From: Acidobacteriota bacterium | Lineage (GTDB): Bacteria > Acidobacteriota > UBA6911 > JACQSX01 | Reading direction: 5' to 3' | DNA: 64,000 nt | NCBI GenBank assembly: GCA_036507075.1 | Contig: DASXQR010000097.1 | Location: 1-64,000 of the forward strand | Shown here: one piece after another, positions 1 to 8,515 of the stretch | Layout: each line of letters starts with the position of its first letter | Numbering within the stretch: the stretch's first letter is position 1 | Translations under genes and position numbers: made by a program | Notes under the pieces: generated by a model | What the model was told of the DNA's origin: nothing | Database searches by the model: none | Seen by the model: the letters and a program-made list of their open reading frames with translations, nothing else

Positions 1-259
1 TTTTCCTTCGCGCAACTTCCGTGACGCGCTCTTCGATGGAGACGATTCGATCCGGCCGGTCCTTGTGGAAATGCTTACGGTAAAGATGCTCGATGAATTG
101 CGGCAGCGGCATTTTCCACGGCTCCTGGCGATGGTTGGCGATTTTGCCGAACCGCTTGGGATGCATCCCAAGCTCCCTGGCCATCTGAACCTGAGCATGC
201 GTAAGGCGATATTTCTTGCGGGCATCAATCCAGATTTGAAAGGCCTTTGGGATTTTCAT
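1..259 (-). CDS. conserved hypothetical protein, runs off the left edge of the window (not in the ORF track)
   Basis: Manual translation from ATG at 259: MKIPKAFQIWIDARKKYRLTHAQVQMARELGMHPKRFGKIANHRQEPWKMPLPQFIEHLY... This is protein-like and resembles a small hypothetical family. The plus-strand ORF 65..295 is its shadow. Confidence 0.7.
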   Translation of the reverse strand, partial: MKIPKAFQIWIDARKKYRLTHAQVQMARELGMHPKRFGKIANHRQEPWKMPLPQFIEHLYRKHFHKDRPDRIVSIEERVTEVARRK

Positions 260-329
260 TCACGAATGCCTTTTCTGATTCCTTGGGACTCGTAATTGTG
301 AGCGCTCACGATTATAACCCTGTCGCTGG

Positions 330-995
330 TCACGGCGTCACGGTCCAAACTTCCAAAAATCGCCAGCCTCGTCGCGTCTGGCCGATGGCGCCGCTGATGT
401 CCCAGCCCGGCCGGCAGAGTTGCGAAACGCGCTTGGGCACTGGCACGGGGCCGATAGCGTCGGGCGACTCCGTCATCGGTTCGAGCCAGATCCTACCGGG
501 CTCGACCTTCTTGATCCAGAAGTGATCCTCGATCACAACGGAACTATGGATGGGCGGATTGTCAACAACATGTTCGTACAGCAGCTTCTCCACTTCGTGA
601 GCGACCGGCAAATCGCGACTGGCCTCCCCGGCTCGTTCGACGGCATCGGCCGCATCCTTAACGTAGCCTTTCTCCACCAGCCAGTTTGCCAGTTTCTTGG
701 TAACCGTCCCGGCCGCCTTCAGCGTCTCTTTGCCGCAGAGAACCTTTCTCGGCATGAAGTATCCAAGAAATTCCCCGTAATTGTTGATTATCTCTTCGGG
801 ACCGAACGTTGCGCAAAACGTGCCGCCTGTCCCAGTGACGCGCTCATACTCCTTCTGATCGTGCCCTGGCCAGTAGCTCTGAAGATAGGACTCAAAGAGC
901 TCAATGATGCCGCGGTACTTGTCCTGCGTCCTGGAACTCTGCCGCACCGCCTGCTCGGCCAGGAATTGCCGAAAGACTTCGGAGATGGTTTTCAT
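330..995 (-). CDS. hypothetical protein; N-terminus resembles an integrase SAM-like helical domain, no catalytic domain seen
   Basis: 221-aa ORF with ATG start and natural composition; 'FRQFLAEQAVRQSSRTQDKYRGII' segment. Confidence 0.7.
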   Translation of the reverse strand: MKTISEVFRQFLAEQAVRQSSRTQDKYRGIIELFESYLQSYWPGHDQKEYERVTGTGGTFCATFGPEEIINNYGEFLGYFMPRKVLCGKETLKAAGTVTKKLANWLVEKGYVKDAADAVERAGEASRDLPVAHEVEKLLYEHVVDNPPIHSSVVIEDHFWIKKVEPGRIWLEPMTESPDAIGPVPVPKRVSQLCRPGWDISGAIGQTRRGWRFLEVWTVTP

Positions 996-1078
996 TGAGT
1001 TTCCAATCCATGTCTTTAGAGATGGAAAAAGTTAAAGCTCGTACGCGGAACCTGATTGCGCCCGAACAACCACCACAA

Positions 1079-1507
1079 TTATGGGACGGTCAGTCCCTCG
1101 GTCCTGGCCAACTTTCCCTGGATGCGATCGAAGGTAAAAAACGCGTCCGCCCGCAACACCAAAGCCGAAGCAACATGGAGAATATCGAGGGTACGGGCGC
1201 CAATTTGCGGTGTTCGCTTCCGGGCAATCTGCTTGGCTTTCTCGAACACCGCGACGCCCCATGGTTGTAATACGAACACACCGGCATCGATATCCTTCTT
1301 AAGCAGCGCATTGGCAGCTTTGATTTTGGAAGGGAGAAGTTCCTTGCGAAAGAGGCGCTGCAAAATCGCATTGGTGAGCTCCAGTTCACCGAAAGGGGTC
1401 AGAAGTATGGGCAGGCTGGCTCGTTTCATTTGTGCAGCAGCGAGAGCGGAGTTTGCATCCAGAACGTACAACGAGACCAGAAAGCTCGGATCGGCGTATG
1501 AGCTCAA
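1079..1507 (-). CDS. vapC: type II TA toxin, VapC/PIN domain
   Basis: N-terminal 'YADPSFLVSLY' and C-terminal 'RTLDILHVASAL...FFTFDRIQ' PIN motifs; ATGA overlap with the upstream antitoxin. Confidence 0.85.
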   Translation of the reverse strand: MSSYADPSFLVSLYVLDANSALAAAQMKRASLPILLTPFGELELTNAILQRLFRKELLPSKIKAANALLKKDIDAGVFVLQPWGVAVFEKAKQIARKRTPQIGARTLDILHVASALVLRADAFFTFDRIQGKLARTEGLTVP

Positions 1508-1746
1508 TAGCGGCCTCGCTCGCGGGAGACAAGTTCCGCTCCCGTCACTTCTGCAGTCTTGCCGCCGTAGATTTTTTTCAAGCGCGCCAGGAAATCTGGA
1601 CGCCGAGAAGAAACCGGAGATTTCGCAGGGATCAGCCGAGCAATGATCCGTTTGCGCTTAGTGATCTGAATCTCTTCGCCTTCGCGGAGAAGATCCTCAA
1701 CTTCCGAAAATCGATAGCGGAGATCACGCACTGTAGCTTTTCTCAT
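1504..1746 (-). CDS. Phd/YefM-family (prevent-host-death) antitoxin
   Basis: MRKATVRDLRYRFSEVEDLLREGEEIQITKRKRIIARLIP; start reassigned to ATG at 1746. Confidence 0.85.
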   Translation of the reverse strand: MRKATVRDLRYRFSEVEDLLREGEEIQITKRKRIIARLIPAKSPVSSRRPDFLARLKKIYGGKTAEVTGAELVSRERGRY

Positions 1747-1783
1747 GTGATGCAATTTAGCATCACTTTGGCTTTCCAGGCAA
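1747..1783 (-). promoter_or_regulatory. probable leaderless sigma70 promoter with overlapping TA operator palindrome
   Basis: Minus strand reads TTGCCT-N18-TAAATT with TG extension, 7 nt before the ATG. Inverted repeat GTGATGC-N6-GCATCAC (1747..1766) straddles the -10 box. Confidence 0.6.
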
Positions 1784-1919
1784 GCCCCCAGCCGAGGCAG
1801 TGAGGTTCGATAAGCGTTAACGGCTCGCCGTCGCGGCCGCACATCTGAACCTGCCCCTCCCGTGGCGCGTCCCGAAGCACAGAGGGGTCAACATCCGCCA
1901 GAATCTGCTCGACCCTGGC

Positions 1920-1987
1920 ACAGCGCTTTGTTGCTCCGACAGATCAATGTACAAAGAATCGGTCTCTGGATAGTAATTCAGCTTCAT
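1920..1987 (-). pseudogene. truncated DUF2283-like antitoxin gene
   Basis: MKLNYYPETDSLYIDLSEQQSA, after which similarity is lost. Confidence 0.6.
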
Positions 1988-2225
1988 GGTTTAAGCCGCC
2001 GATCTAGAAATGCGTTATGAATAGTGACTTTATCATCCAGAGTATGACTCTCAAGAAACGTCCCTCATTTCGGGTAATTTCCGCCCAGAAACGGTAACGG
2101 TTTGTTTTTCTGCGGCTCTGATCGAATCGGATGCTCGAGGGCGCGGATGCACCACTCCATCTTCAGGTAGGGCCGCTGCGCAATACTTCCTTCTCGAAGT
2201 ATTCAGTGAACCGATAGCTTGCCAA
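1984..2225 (-). pseudogene. frameshifted small toxin-like partner of the DUF2283 gene
   Basis: Fragments in shifting frames: YRFTEYFEKEVLR / RPYLKMEW / NRYRFWAEI / DDKVTIHNAFLDRRLKP*. Confidence 0.55.
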
Positions 2226-2306
2226 GTTGAGAAAAAATATCGGAGCGGCAGTCGGGTCCCACAATCAGTCCGATCGGCTTGAACCCGGGCCTTCCTGATT
2301 TAATCT

Positions 2307-2396
2307 TCATGAGATTCGCCGACCAGTCGTGAACTGGTTGATTAAGTCAGTCGCCCCTCGGATGTCTTCCAGGAGCTTCTTCGTTTCAAGCTGCAT
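2307..2396 (-). pseudogene. truncated HEPN (DUF86-like) toxin gene
   Basis: MQLETKKLLEDIRGATDLINQFTTG stops after 29 aa; overlaps the end of the MNT gene as in MNT-DUF86 pairs. Confidence 0.6.
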
Positions 2397-2697
2397 AGAG
2401 CATCGTGCGGGTCTGGTTCACTTTTTCAAGAAAATAATGATTCCTAATCGCGCCGGCCACCACCAGGTCAACTGACCGGTCGAACAATTCCTGCAATGAC
2501 TCAAGCAGTCCGGAATACATATCCGCGTGTTGTCCCGATTGAAGGGCCAAGAATTCCACCAGAAAATCCAAATCACTCTGCTGCGCGTCAAACTGTCTGC
2601 CTTCGGCAGCCCAGCCAAACAGTTCAAACCGCTTAACCCGATACTTCCGGCAAAGTCGGCCGATCTGCTCGCGCTTCTGTTCAATGATCGGAATCAT
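2386..2697 (-). CDS. minimal nucleotidyltransferase (MNT) antitoxin, possibly degenerate
   Basis: 'LFGWAA...SDLDFLVEF...VDLV' motif; the canonical GS is GW here. Confidence 0.8.
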   Translation of the reverse strand: MIPIIEQKREQIGRLCRKYRVKRFELFGWAAEGRQFDAQQSDLDFLVEFLALQSGQHADMYSGLLESLQELFDRSVDLVVAGAIRNHYFLEKVNQTRTMLYAA

Positions 2698-2754
2698 TCG
2701 TTTGGTTCCCTCGGGCTATTATGAGACTGTTCATCGTGCTTCGTCGCGATGGTT

Positions 2755-2985
2755 TCACTTTGCTGCCAGTTCACGCGCGTGGGAAAGGTCGCGCCGGTTC
2801 ACGGGACGCAATTGAGGCAGCTGCACGGTAGTCACGGCCACCGTTTGACTGGTCAGTGTGACAAACTCAACCGCATAGGCTGCGCCGCCTTGATGAATGT
2901 GCACCACTGTACCCACATCACCGGCTCGCAACCCCTCGTCGGGAAGATGCTGCGTTAACACAATACAATCGTGTTCTTTGATCAT
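2755..2985 (-). CDS. DUF4926-family protein
   Basis: MIKEHDCIVLTQHLPDEGLRAGDVGTVVHIH...YAVEF; GGAGG RBS before ATG 2985. Confidence 0.8.
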   Translation of the reverse strand: MIKEHDCIVLTQHLPDEGLRAGDVGTVVHIHQGGAAYAVEFVTLTSQTVAVTTVQLPQLRPVNRRDLSHARELAAK

Positions 2986-3323
2986 AATTCCTCCACAGGA
3001 TACGCGGTGATGAGTCGCGGCGCAATCTGCCCTTTGTCCATCTGCCAGACCGTGCACACGAGCGGCTGGCGGCCATCCGGCACATAAGCTTGCCTTCCAC
3101 TTCATATCGGCGACCAAAACCGGTTTCTTTCAATTTGCTCACCTCATGCTGGCGGCCATGTTCGCGCAAGGCACGGGCCAGGATTGTCCACTCTTCCGGG
3201 CGACAGCCGAACTGCGCAAAGAACCGGGCCATGCTCGCGCCGAAACGATGCTGGCTGATTGAGCAGACACCTGATAATCTTGCCCTCCTCGACAACAGCT
3301 CCTTCAGCGTTTTGCACTCTCAT
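2982..3323 (-). pseudogene. frameshifted DUF6883-like gene (usual partner of DUF4926)
   Basis: MRVQNAEGAVVEEGKII..., ARFFAQFG...LARALREH...GRRYEVEG and VWQMDKGQIAPRLITAYP lie in different frames. Confidence 0.65.
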
Positions 3324-3360
3324 TTCCGGCTACTCTCCTCCACCGCTTCATTTCCAGACG

Positions 3361-4155
3361 TCAAGACGTAGAGGCGAAAAAAGCGCTCGTCGATTTCGCG
3401 CTCCCGCGCGTCGGTGGCCCCGCGCAACGACACAAAGCCTGTAATCCGTAGTCGGCTCCACTCGAACGGTATTTTTCAGCATATCTCCGCATTAATGATC
3501 GTATCGGCTTCAGAAGTTCAAATGAGTATTCGATATTCCATCCCCGCTTCCACCGACAACCGACGGGTTTCCTCTCTCGGGGACCAACAACCCCAGCCCA
3601 AAATGACAACTGCGCACCAATCGCGAGCGGACGGCGCGACGGCCGTGGACGTCTGAATGAGATGCGCAGCATTCGACCGTGTCCCTTCACTTCCAGGTTG
3701 CAGCGCCTTCGGCAGAAGCGCAACTCCGGATGAAACGGCTCCCTTTCTCCACATAGAGTCCGGCAGCGAGACCGAATGGATAAACACCGTCGGGATTTTT
3801 GGGCACCGCGTCCGGAAAATGGCAGTCTCCGTTCCCGCCCAACCGCGGCAGTAGTGGAAAGATCTCCGGCGGCTCCATTTGCGTAAAATATTGCCGGGGC
3901 GGTACCGGTTCTGTTCGCCTTTCCGCAGCCAATTCCGTGCAAATAGTCCTGAGTTCCCGCATGTGCATAGTCAAAGACCAGCTCTTCGATGTGCACATTA
4001 TCATCGGCCGCGATTAGCTTCTGCTCCCGGAGACCTTTGCGGATCTCCTGCGTAACTAAGCGAGGCCTATCATCCCGTCCATTGCAGGGTGTCAGGTCGA
4101 TAGAAACCTCGAAACGGGCGGAAGTCAGAATGGTTGTAGTGTTCAAGGCCTTCAT
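3361..4155 (-). CDS. hypothetical ORF directly downstream of the cas8 gene, possibly decayed
   Basis: ATG at 4155 lies 2 nt after the cas8 stop. The first ~65 aa look natural; the middle is R/S/C-rich and may be off-frame. Confidence 0.4.
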   Translation of the reverse strand: MKALNTTTILTSARFEVSIDLTPCNGRDDRPRLVTQEIRKGLREQKLIAADDNVHIEELVFDYAHAGTQDYLHGIGCGKANRTGTAPAIFYANGAAGDLSTTAAVGRERRLPFSGRGAQKSRRCLSIRSRCRTLCGEREPFHPELRFCRRRCNLEVKGHGRMLRISFRRPRPSRRPLAIGAQLSFWAGVVGPRERKPVGCRWKRGWNIEYSFELLKPIRSLMRRYAEKYRSSGADYGLQALCRCAGPPTRGSAKSTSAFFASTS

Positions 4156-4157
4156 GC

Positions 4158-5312
4158 TTACCCGGGCGAAGTTGCTGGAGAGAAGTTTCGAACTTTCCCG
4201 ATCGTGATCCGCCGGGAGCGATAGACTTCGGCGACCCCGACAGCTGAAAGCAAGCGCCGATTTGGAGAGTCCTCTTGCAGTTCCTGATGAGCCAGGAGAG
4301 TTCGCACTACGTCGAGGGTGGCTGGCTCGCTCCAAATTGGCCACGTCCAATACGTGTCGAAACTCTTGCGTCCCCGGAAACCAGTGGTAGCAACGAACGA
4401 TGCTTGAGGTGCTGTTGGCAACAACGGAATTCCTTCGATCGCAAGGCGATTCGCTCCAAGTACGGTTCCTTGTTTCTTGCGGACGGGATCGCCGCTCGGG
4501 TTTCGCCAGCGGAGCGCGTAGCGGACGTCATCAATCGGGTCCCAGCGGAGTGTGAGATTTTCTACCGGGTCATCGTAGCACCAGAGCGAAAAGAGTGCCT
4601 TCTCGAGGTGGTTAGCTGTCGTGGCAAGGACAATGTTGCGCATGAACGCGAGGAAATGCTGGTGGCCCGCGCCAGCCATCGTTCGAAGCCCTGTATCCTG
4701 AATTCTGCCAGCTTCATCTGTAACAGCTTCGCACCCGAAAGCCGCCGCGAAATCGGCGATACTTCGGTCATCGTGGGAGGCCGCCTGGGAAGCAGTCGCG
4801 GCAAAGTGGGCGAAGTCTGGTGCGGAGAGAGTTAAGTCGTCAGCAATCAGCAGGTGCGGACAGGCGATCTGGAGCAAGCCGAGTCTTGCCTCCTCGATAG
4901 CTACCTCGAACGACAGGATCTGCTCAGGCAGCCTTTCCCGCAGACGTTGACCGGATAAGCGTTGCTTCTTCAGAGTTTTCTCCCGCTCCCTCTCGTCATT
5001 GCCTTGCTGTGCACAAGCGGCAATGAACTTCGCTTCCCACTGCTTGGCCTCCTGACGGCGGCCGCGAAAAGCTCCGTATCGACACGCAGTGGCGACTTCG
5101 TCGAGCAGTTCATTTGAACTGATTTCGGGCTCTAGAATCATTCTCGGCCGCCACGCTCCGCGGTGGGGCTGCCAGCACATCACGACTCGGTGCTCCGGCA
5201 AACTGAGCGACAGCAGGCGCAACGTTCCGAGCGAAGCTAGGAAGGCGAGTGGATTTCCTCCGTCTAATCCAATGAACAGTACGCCATCATGGTTTTCCTT
5301 GCTTGAATTCAT
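4158..5312 (-). CDS. csb3: type I-G Cascade large subunit, Csb3/Cas8u2-like
   Basis: 'GLDGGNPLAFLASLGTLR', 'LRWDP...RYALRW.NPS', 'GANRLAIEG.PL' and 'WPIW' motifs; ATGA-coupled to cas3. Confidence 0.85.
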   Translation of the reverse strand: MNSSKENHDGVLFIGLDGGNPLAFLASLGTLRLLSLSLPEHRVVMCWQPHRGAWRPRMILEPEISSNELLDEVATACRYGAFRGRRQEAKQWEAKFIAACAQQGNDEREREKTLKKQRLSGQRLRERLPEQILSFEVAIEEARLGLLQIACPHLLIADDLTLSAPDFAHFAATASQAASHDDRSIADFAAAFGCEAVTDEAGRIQDTGLRTMAGAGHQHFLAFMRNIVLATTANHLEKALFSLWCYDDPVENLTLRWDPIDDVRYALRWRNPSGDPVRKKQGTVLGANRLAIEGIPLLPTAPQASFVATTGFRGRKSFDTYWTWPIWSEPATLDVVRTLLAHQELQEDSPNRRLLSAVGVAEVYRSRRITIGKVRNFSPATSPG

Positions 5313-8300
5313 GCGACTGCTCCTTTGACGTGGGGATCACGCTGGGCAATGTTCTTTTCCGCTTCGTCTTCGCTTTGGCGGTGATCGGCCAACATGAATA
5401 TGGCTTCCAGCCAAGCCAAGCCCCACCAACCATACCGCCGAACAAGCCGCCAAAAGCGTTCGGCAGCGCCGCTACTGAGTCGGTGCGCCGGAATCCACCG
5501 TTCTCGATCGCTCTGACTGATGGAAAGCCCATCAAAGACACCGCGAAGATCGATCCCAGGGGCGCCTTCGTCGAGTACGACTTGCGCCAACGGCCGGCAA
5601 AATCCGTGGTGGCAAGCTATCACATGGAGAACAAGGTCGCGGTCAATGTCGTCTCCGGTAATCAGCTGGTTAAAATCCTGGACAATTTTGAGTGAAACTT
5701 GTTCGTGCCTGAATCCATCGGGCAATCCGCTTGCATCCCAGGCGTTGCTTCGTGCATCACGATCGTCCACGAGCCCTCCGGACTTGGCGTAGAGCATCGA
5801 TGCCAGAGCTGCGCGAAGTGTGTTCCCTCCGTGTAGAAAAGCTTGGAATCGCGGGTCGGCTTTGCCAAGGTCATGGAGATGTCCGGTTACCAACATGCTC
5901 TGGACGATACTATTGCCAAAACCGCACTGTCGTGCGAAATCGGCGGCACGCCGTGCAACGCCATCGCTGTGCGCCTTGAGTGAGATGTTAGTGGTCGCGG
6001 ATGCGCTATCATCTTCCGTTGTGTAGGTCTCGGGTTGCATGAACTCCAATCGGCGATCAACAGGCAGCCGCTGTGATCCACGAATGACCACTCCGCCGAA
6101 GGGATGCGGCAGCCACTTGGCACGTGTATCCTCGACCACTAGGGTAATCAATCGGCGCACGTGCTCGGCTATTTGTGCAGACGCAGCAATTCCGCGCAAC
6201 AAGTCGCGGATCTCACGACGCTCAAGCTCTGCTTCCGGATCGGACAGAAGCTTTAGCAATTCCGCGTGCTCGTCGGGTTCGGACAGCTCCGCAGTTTCGC
6301 GCCAGTTCTTCACCAAGACACGGTGGAGCCGGAGCATCGCGTGCCGCCGGGCCTCGACATAGCAGTGATCCGCAACGTCGATCTGTGCCACATCGGCGAT
6401 TCGGAGTGGAATGTGTCCAAAATCGTCCCAACCACGGAGACTGGCGGGCAATACGATGGTGTCACCAGGACGAAGGTTGTCCCCCTGGGCGTCGAGAAAC
6501 TCACTGTCCTCCGGGCCTCGCCAGAGGACGCCGAAGGCAATCGGTTCCGGCCTAGGGTGCAACTCGACTTCACCCTCGGTACTTCCCGCTTCGATATCCG
6601 CAATCGCGGCGTCACATCGAAACCCTTCCTCCGCAGAACGCCACCAGCGACGGAAAGCCCACAACGGCACGGGGAGGCATTCAAGCACGGTCGGGGGACA
6701 GAGCGAGACTGCTTCGACGGCTCGGCTTCGGAGGCGATCACGTAGACGGCTTTTTTCGACATCCGCCAGATCGTCTTTAACATCGACGCTGCCATGCTCG
6801 GGCAGGTCTGCTCGCCAGCATACTTGCACTTCGGGCGCGCCGCGCTGCGGCCCGTGCAGGAAAACCGCCAAGTTCGGATCAGGACGCGGAACAGGCGATG
6901 TCTGTACCCAACAATCGACGTGAGCAGGCAACAATACCGGGGCATCCGGAGAGGGCGGAACAAGCATCGAACGCTGCTCCGGTTCAACCTGAGCAACCAG
7001 CTGACTAATTGTCGTGATACCGAAGTCGATTTCTGGCTCTGATAGATCGAACCCGACAGCGTGTTCGGTGAGCCACTGCCATGTGTTAGGGATCGCTTGG
7101 CCGTAAACGGGATCCACCACCGCCGTGTCTTTCTGATCGGCGCGGATGACAATCGCGCCGCGAGCGTCGCAGTCGGTCCGTCCGATCCGGTTGAGCCGTC
7201 CGAAACGCTGCTGCAAGGCGTCGAGACTCGCACACTCACTCACCATGCCATCAAAATCCAAATTCGCCCCCACCTCGAGGCACTGCGTCGCAACAACAAT
7301 CGCGGGACGGGGTACCGCTGGTCGCTTGCTCGACGTTCCAAACCAGATGAGCAAACCGCGCGCTGAGTTGGGTGGGCTCGCATATGGCGCCCAGTTTTCC
7401 ATAAGCTCGTCGCGATCGATGGAGCGCATCCTGCCGGTCAGCAGGACAGCGTCAAACTCGCCTGGCAGCAGCGTGGCAAGCTGGCGGATGTGTCTCCAAT
7501 CGACGTCCGGGTCTGCGTCTCCTGGATCGCGGACAGCACAAAGTAACCGGTAGATCATGCGAGCGGTATAGACTCGGTTTACCAAAATGGCGATTCGCTG
7601 GCGTGAGTTAGAGACTAATTCGGCAGCTCGGACGACCAGTTCGGCCGTGAGTTCGTCGAGTGCCCGCTTTCCCTTTGCCTCTGTCGCCACGATTAGACGC
7701 GTTGGCTTGGACGAAGTCACGCGACGACGCAGCACTTCGCAGTCGCGCAAGTCCTCGCTCTTTTCGTTTACATCGAGCCGCAACACGTCGTTAATTCCAG
7801 GCGGCGGAGTCGCGGACATGATCGTGAAATGGAACGGCCCGCCGAGGTGCTCCCGTGCCCACCGCTCCCCACGGTAGCGTTCGACCGCCTGCATCGTCTG
7901 AAGGAATGGGTTCGCGCAATGAGCTTCATCAAGAATGATCAATGCATCGTTTCCTGCCAGACCTGCATGGATCGGCCATGCCTTGAACGATCGGCCATAA
8001 CCGCGAAACAGCAGACGCGAACCGATTTGATCGACCGTACTGGCAATCACACACGGCTGGGTGGGCGTGCGTGCCCATGCATCGTCGCGGTACATACCAC
8101 CGCGAAGCTGGTAGCAGGTGAGTGGCGGCGCATCGGTTGTCCCATTCACTTTCCGTAACGCCTGGGCGACTTCCCAAAGAATTCCGTTACTCGCAGCATC
8201 CAGTCGCTCGGCAAGATTCAAGGCGTGCTCGAAAGCCTCGTCAACAATGACGCGTCTATCAACGACGAAAAGAATGCGTCGCACCGCCGTGCGTTCCTGT

Positions 8301-8515
8301 AATGGCAGCTCGGCTTGGCAAGCCAAGGCAAAGACAGCGATATCCAGGCAGGAGGTCTTACCACTGCCGGTTGGCAAGGCTATAGCTTCCGGCCAGACGC
8401 GCTGAGGCGGACGCGCCGTGAGCACACGTTCCACGAGTCGTTCTTGCCAACGGAAGGGGTTGCAATCACTCACCGCGCGAAAGAACTCACCGAAGTCTCC
8501 GAGTCCGATGCTCAA
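5309..8515 (-). CDS. cas3: type I-G Cas3 helicase-nuclease with C-terminal HD domain
   Basis: Helicase motifs LPTGSGKT, DEAH, MSAT, VATQ.LEVG and QRFGRLNR; C-terminal HD motifs HSDGV, LHDLGK, RHE, CHHG and LADH. Start reassigned to TTG 8515 (GGAGGAGG RBS, TTGA overlap with csb2). Confidence 0.95.
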   Translation of the reverse strand: MSIGLGDFGEFFRAVSDCNPFRWQERLVERVLTARPPQRVWPEAIALPTGSGKTSCLDIAVFALACQAELPLQERTAVRRILFVVDRRVIVDEAFEHALNLAERLDAASNGILWEVAQALRKVNGTTDAPPLTCYQLRGGMYRDDAWARTPTQPCVIASTVDQIGSRLLFRGYGRSFKAWPIHAGLAGNDALIILDEAHCANPFLQTMQAVERYRGERWAREHLGGPFHFTIMSATPPPGINDVLRLDVNEKSEDLRDCEVLRRRVTSSKPTRLIVATEAKGKRALDELTAELVVRAAELVSNSRQRIAILVNRVYTARMIYRLLCAVRDPGDADPDVDWRHIRQLATLLPGEFDAVLLTGRMRSIDRDELMENWAPYASPPNSARGLLIWFGTSSKRPAVPRPAIVVATQCLEVGANLDFDGMVSECASLDALQQRFGRLNRIGRTDCDARGAIVIRADQKDTAVVDPVYGQAIPNTWQWLTEHAVGFDLSEPEIDFGITTISQLVAQVEPEQRSMLVPPSPDAPVLLPAHVDCWVQTSPVPRPDPNLAVFLHGPQRGAPEVQVCWRADLPEHGSVDVKDDLADVEKSRLRDRLRSRAVEAVSLCPPTVLECLPVPLWAFRRWWRSAEEGFRCDAAIADIEAGSTEGEVELHPRPEPIAFGVLWRGPEDSEFLDAQGDNLRPGDTIVLPASLRGWDDFGHIPLRIADVAQIDVADHCYVEARRHAMLRLHRVLVKNWRETAELSEPDEHAELLKLLSDPEAELERREIRDLLRGIAASAQIAEHVRRLITLVVEDTRAKWLPHPFGGVVIRGSQRLPVDRRLEFMQPETYTTEDDSASATTNISLKAHSDGVARRAADFARQCGFGNSIVQSMLVTGHLHDLGKADPRFQAFLHGGNTLRAALASMLYAKSGGLVDDRDARSNAWDASGLPDGFRHEQVSLKIVQDFNQLITGDDIDRDLVLHVIACHHGFCRPLAQVVLDEGAPGIDLRGVFDGLSISQSDRERWIPAHRLSSGAAERFWRLVRRYGWWGLAWLEAIFMLADHRQSEDEAEKNIAQRDPHVKGAVA

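Noticed and set aside
65..295. Plus-strand 76-aa ORF
   Set aside because: Antisense shadow of the more plausible minus-strand gene <1..259.
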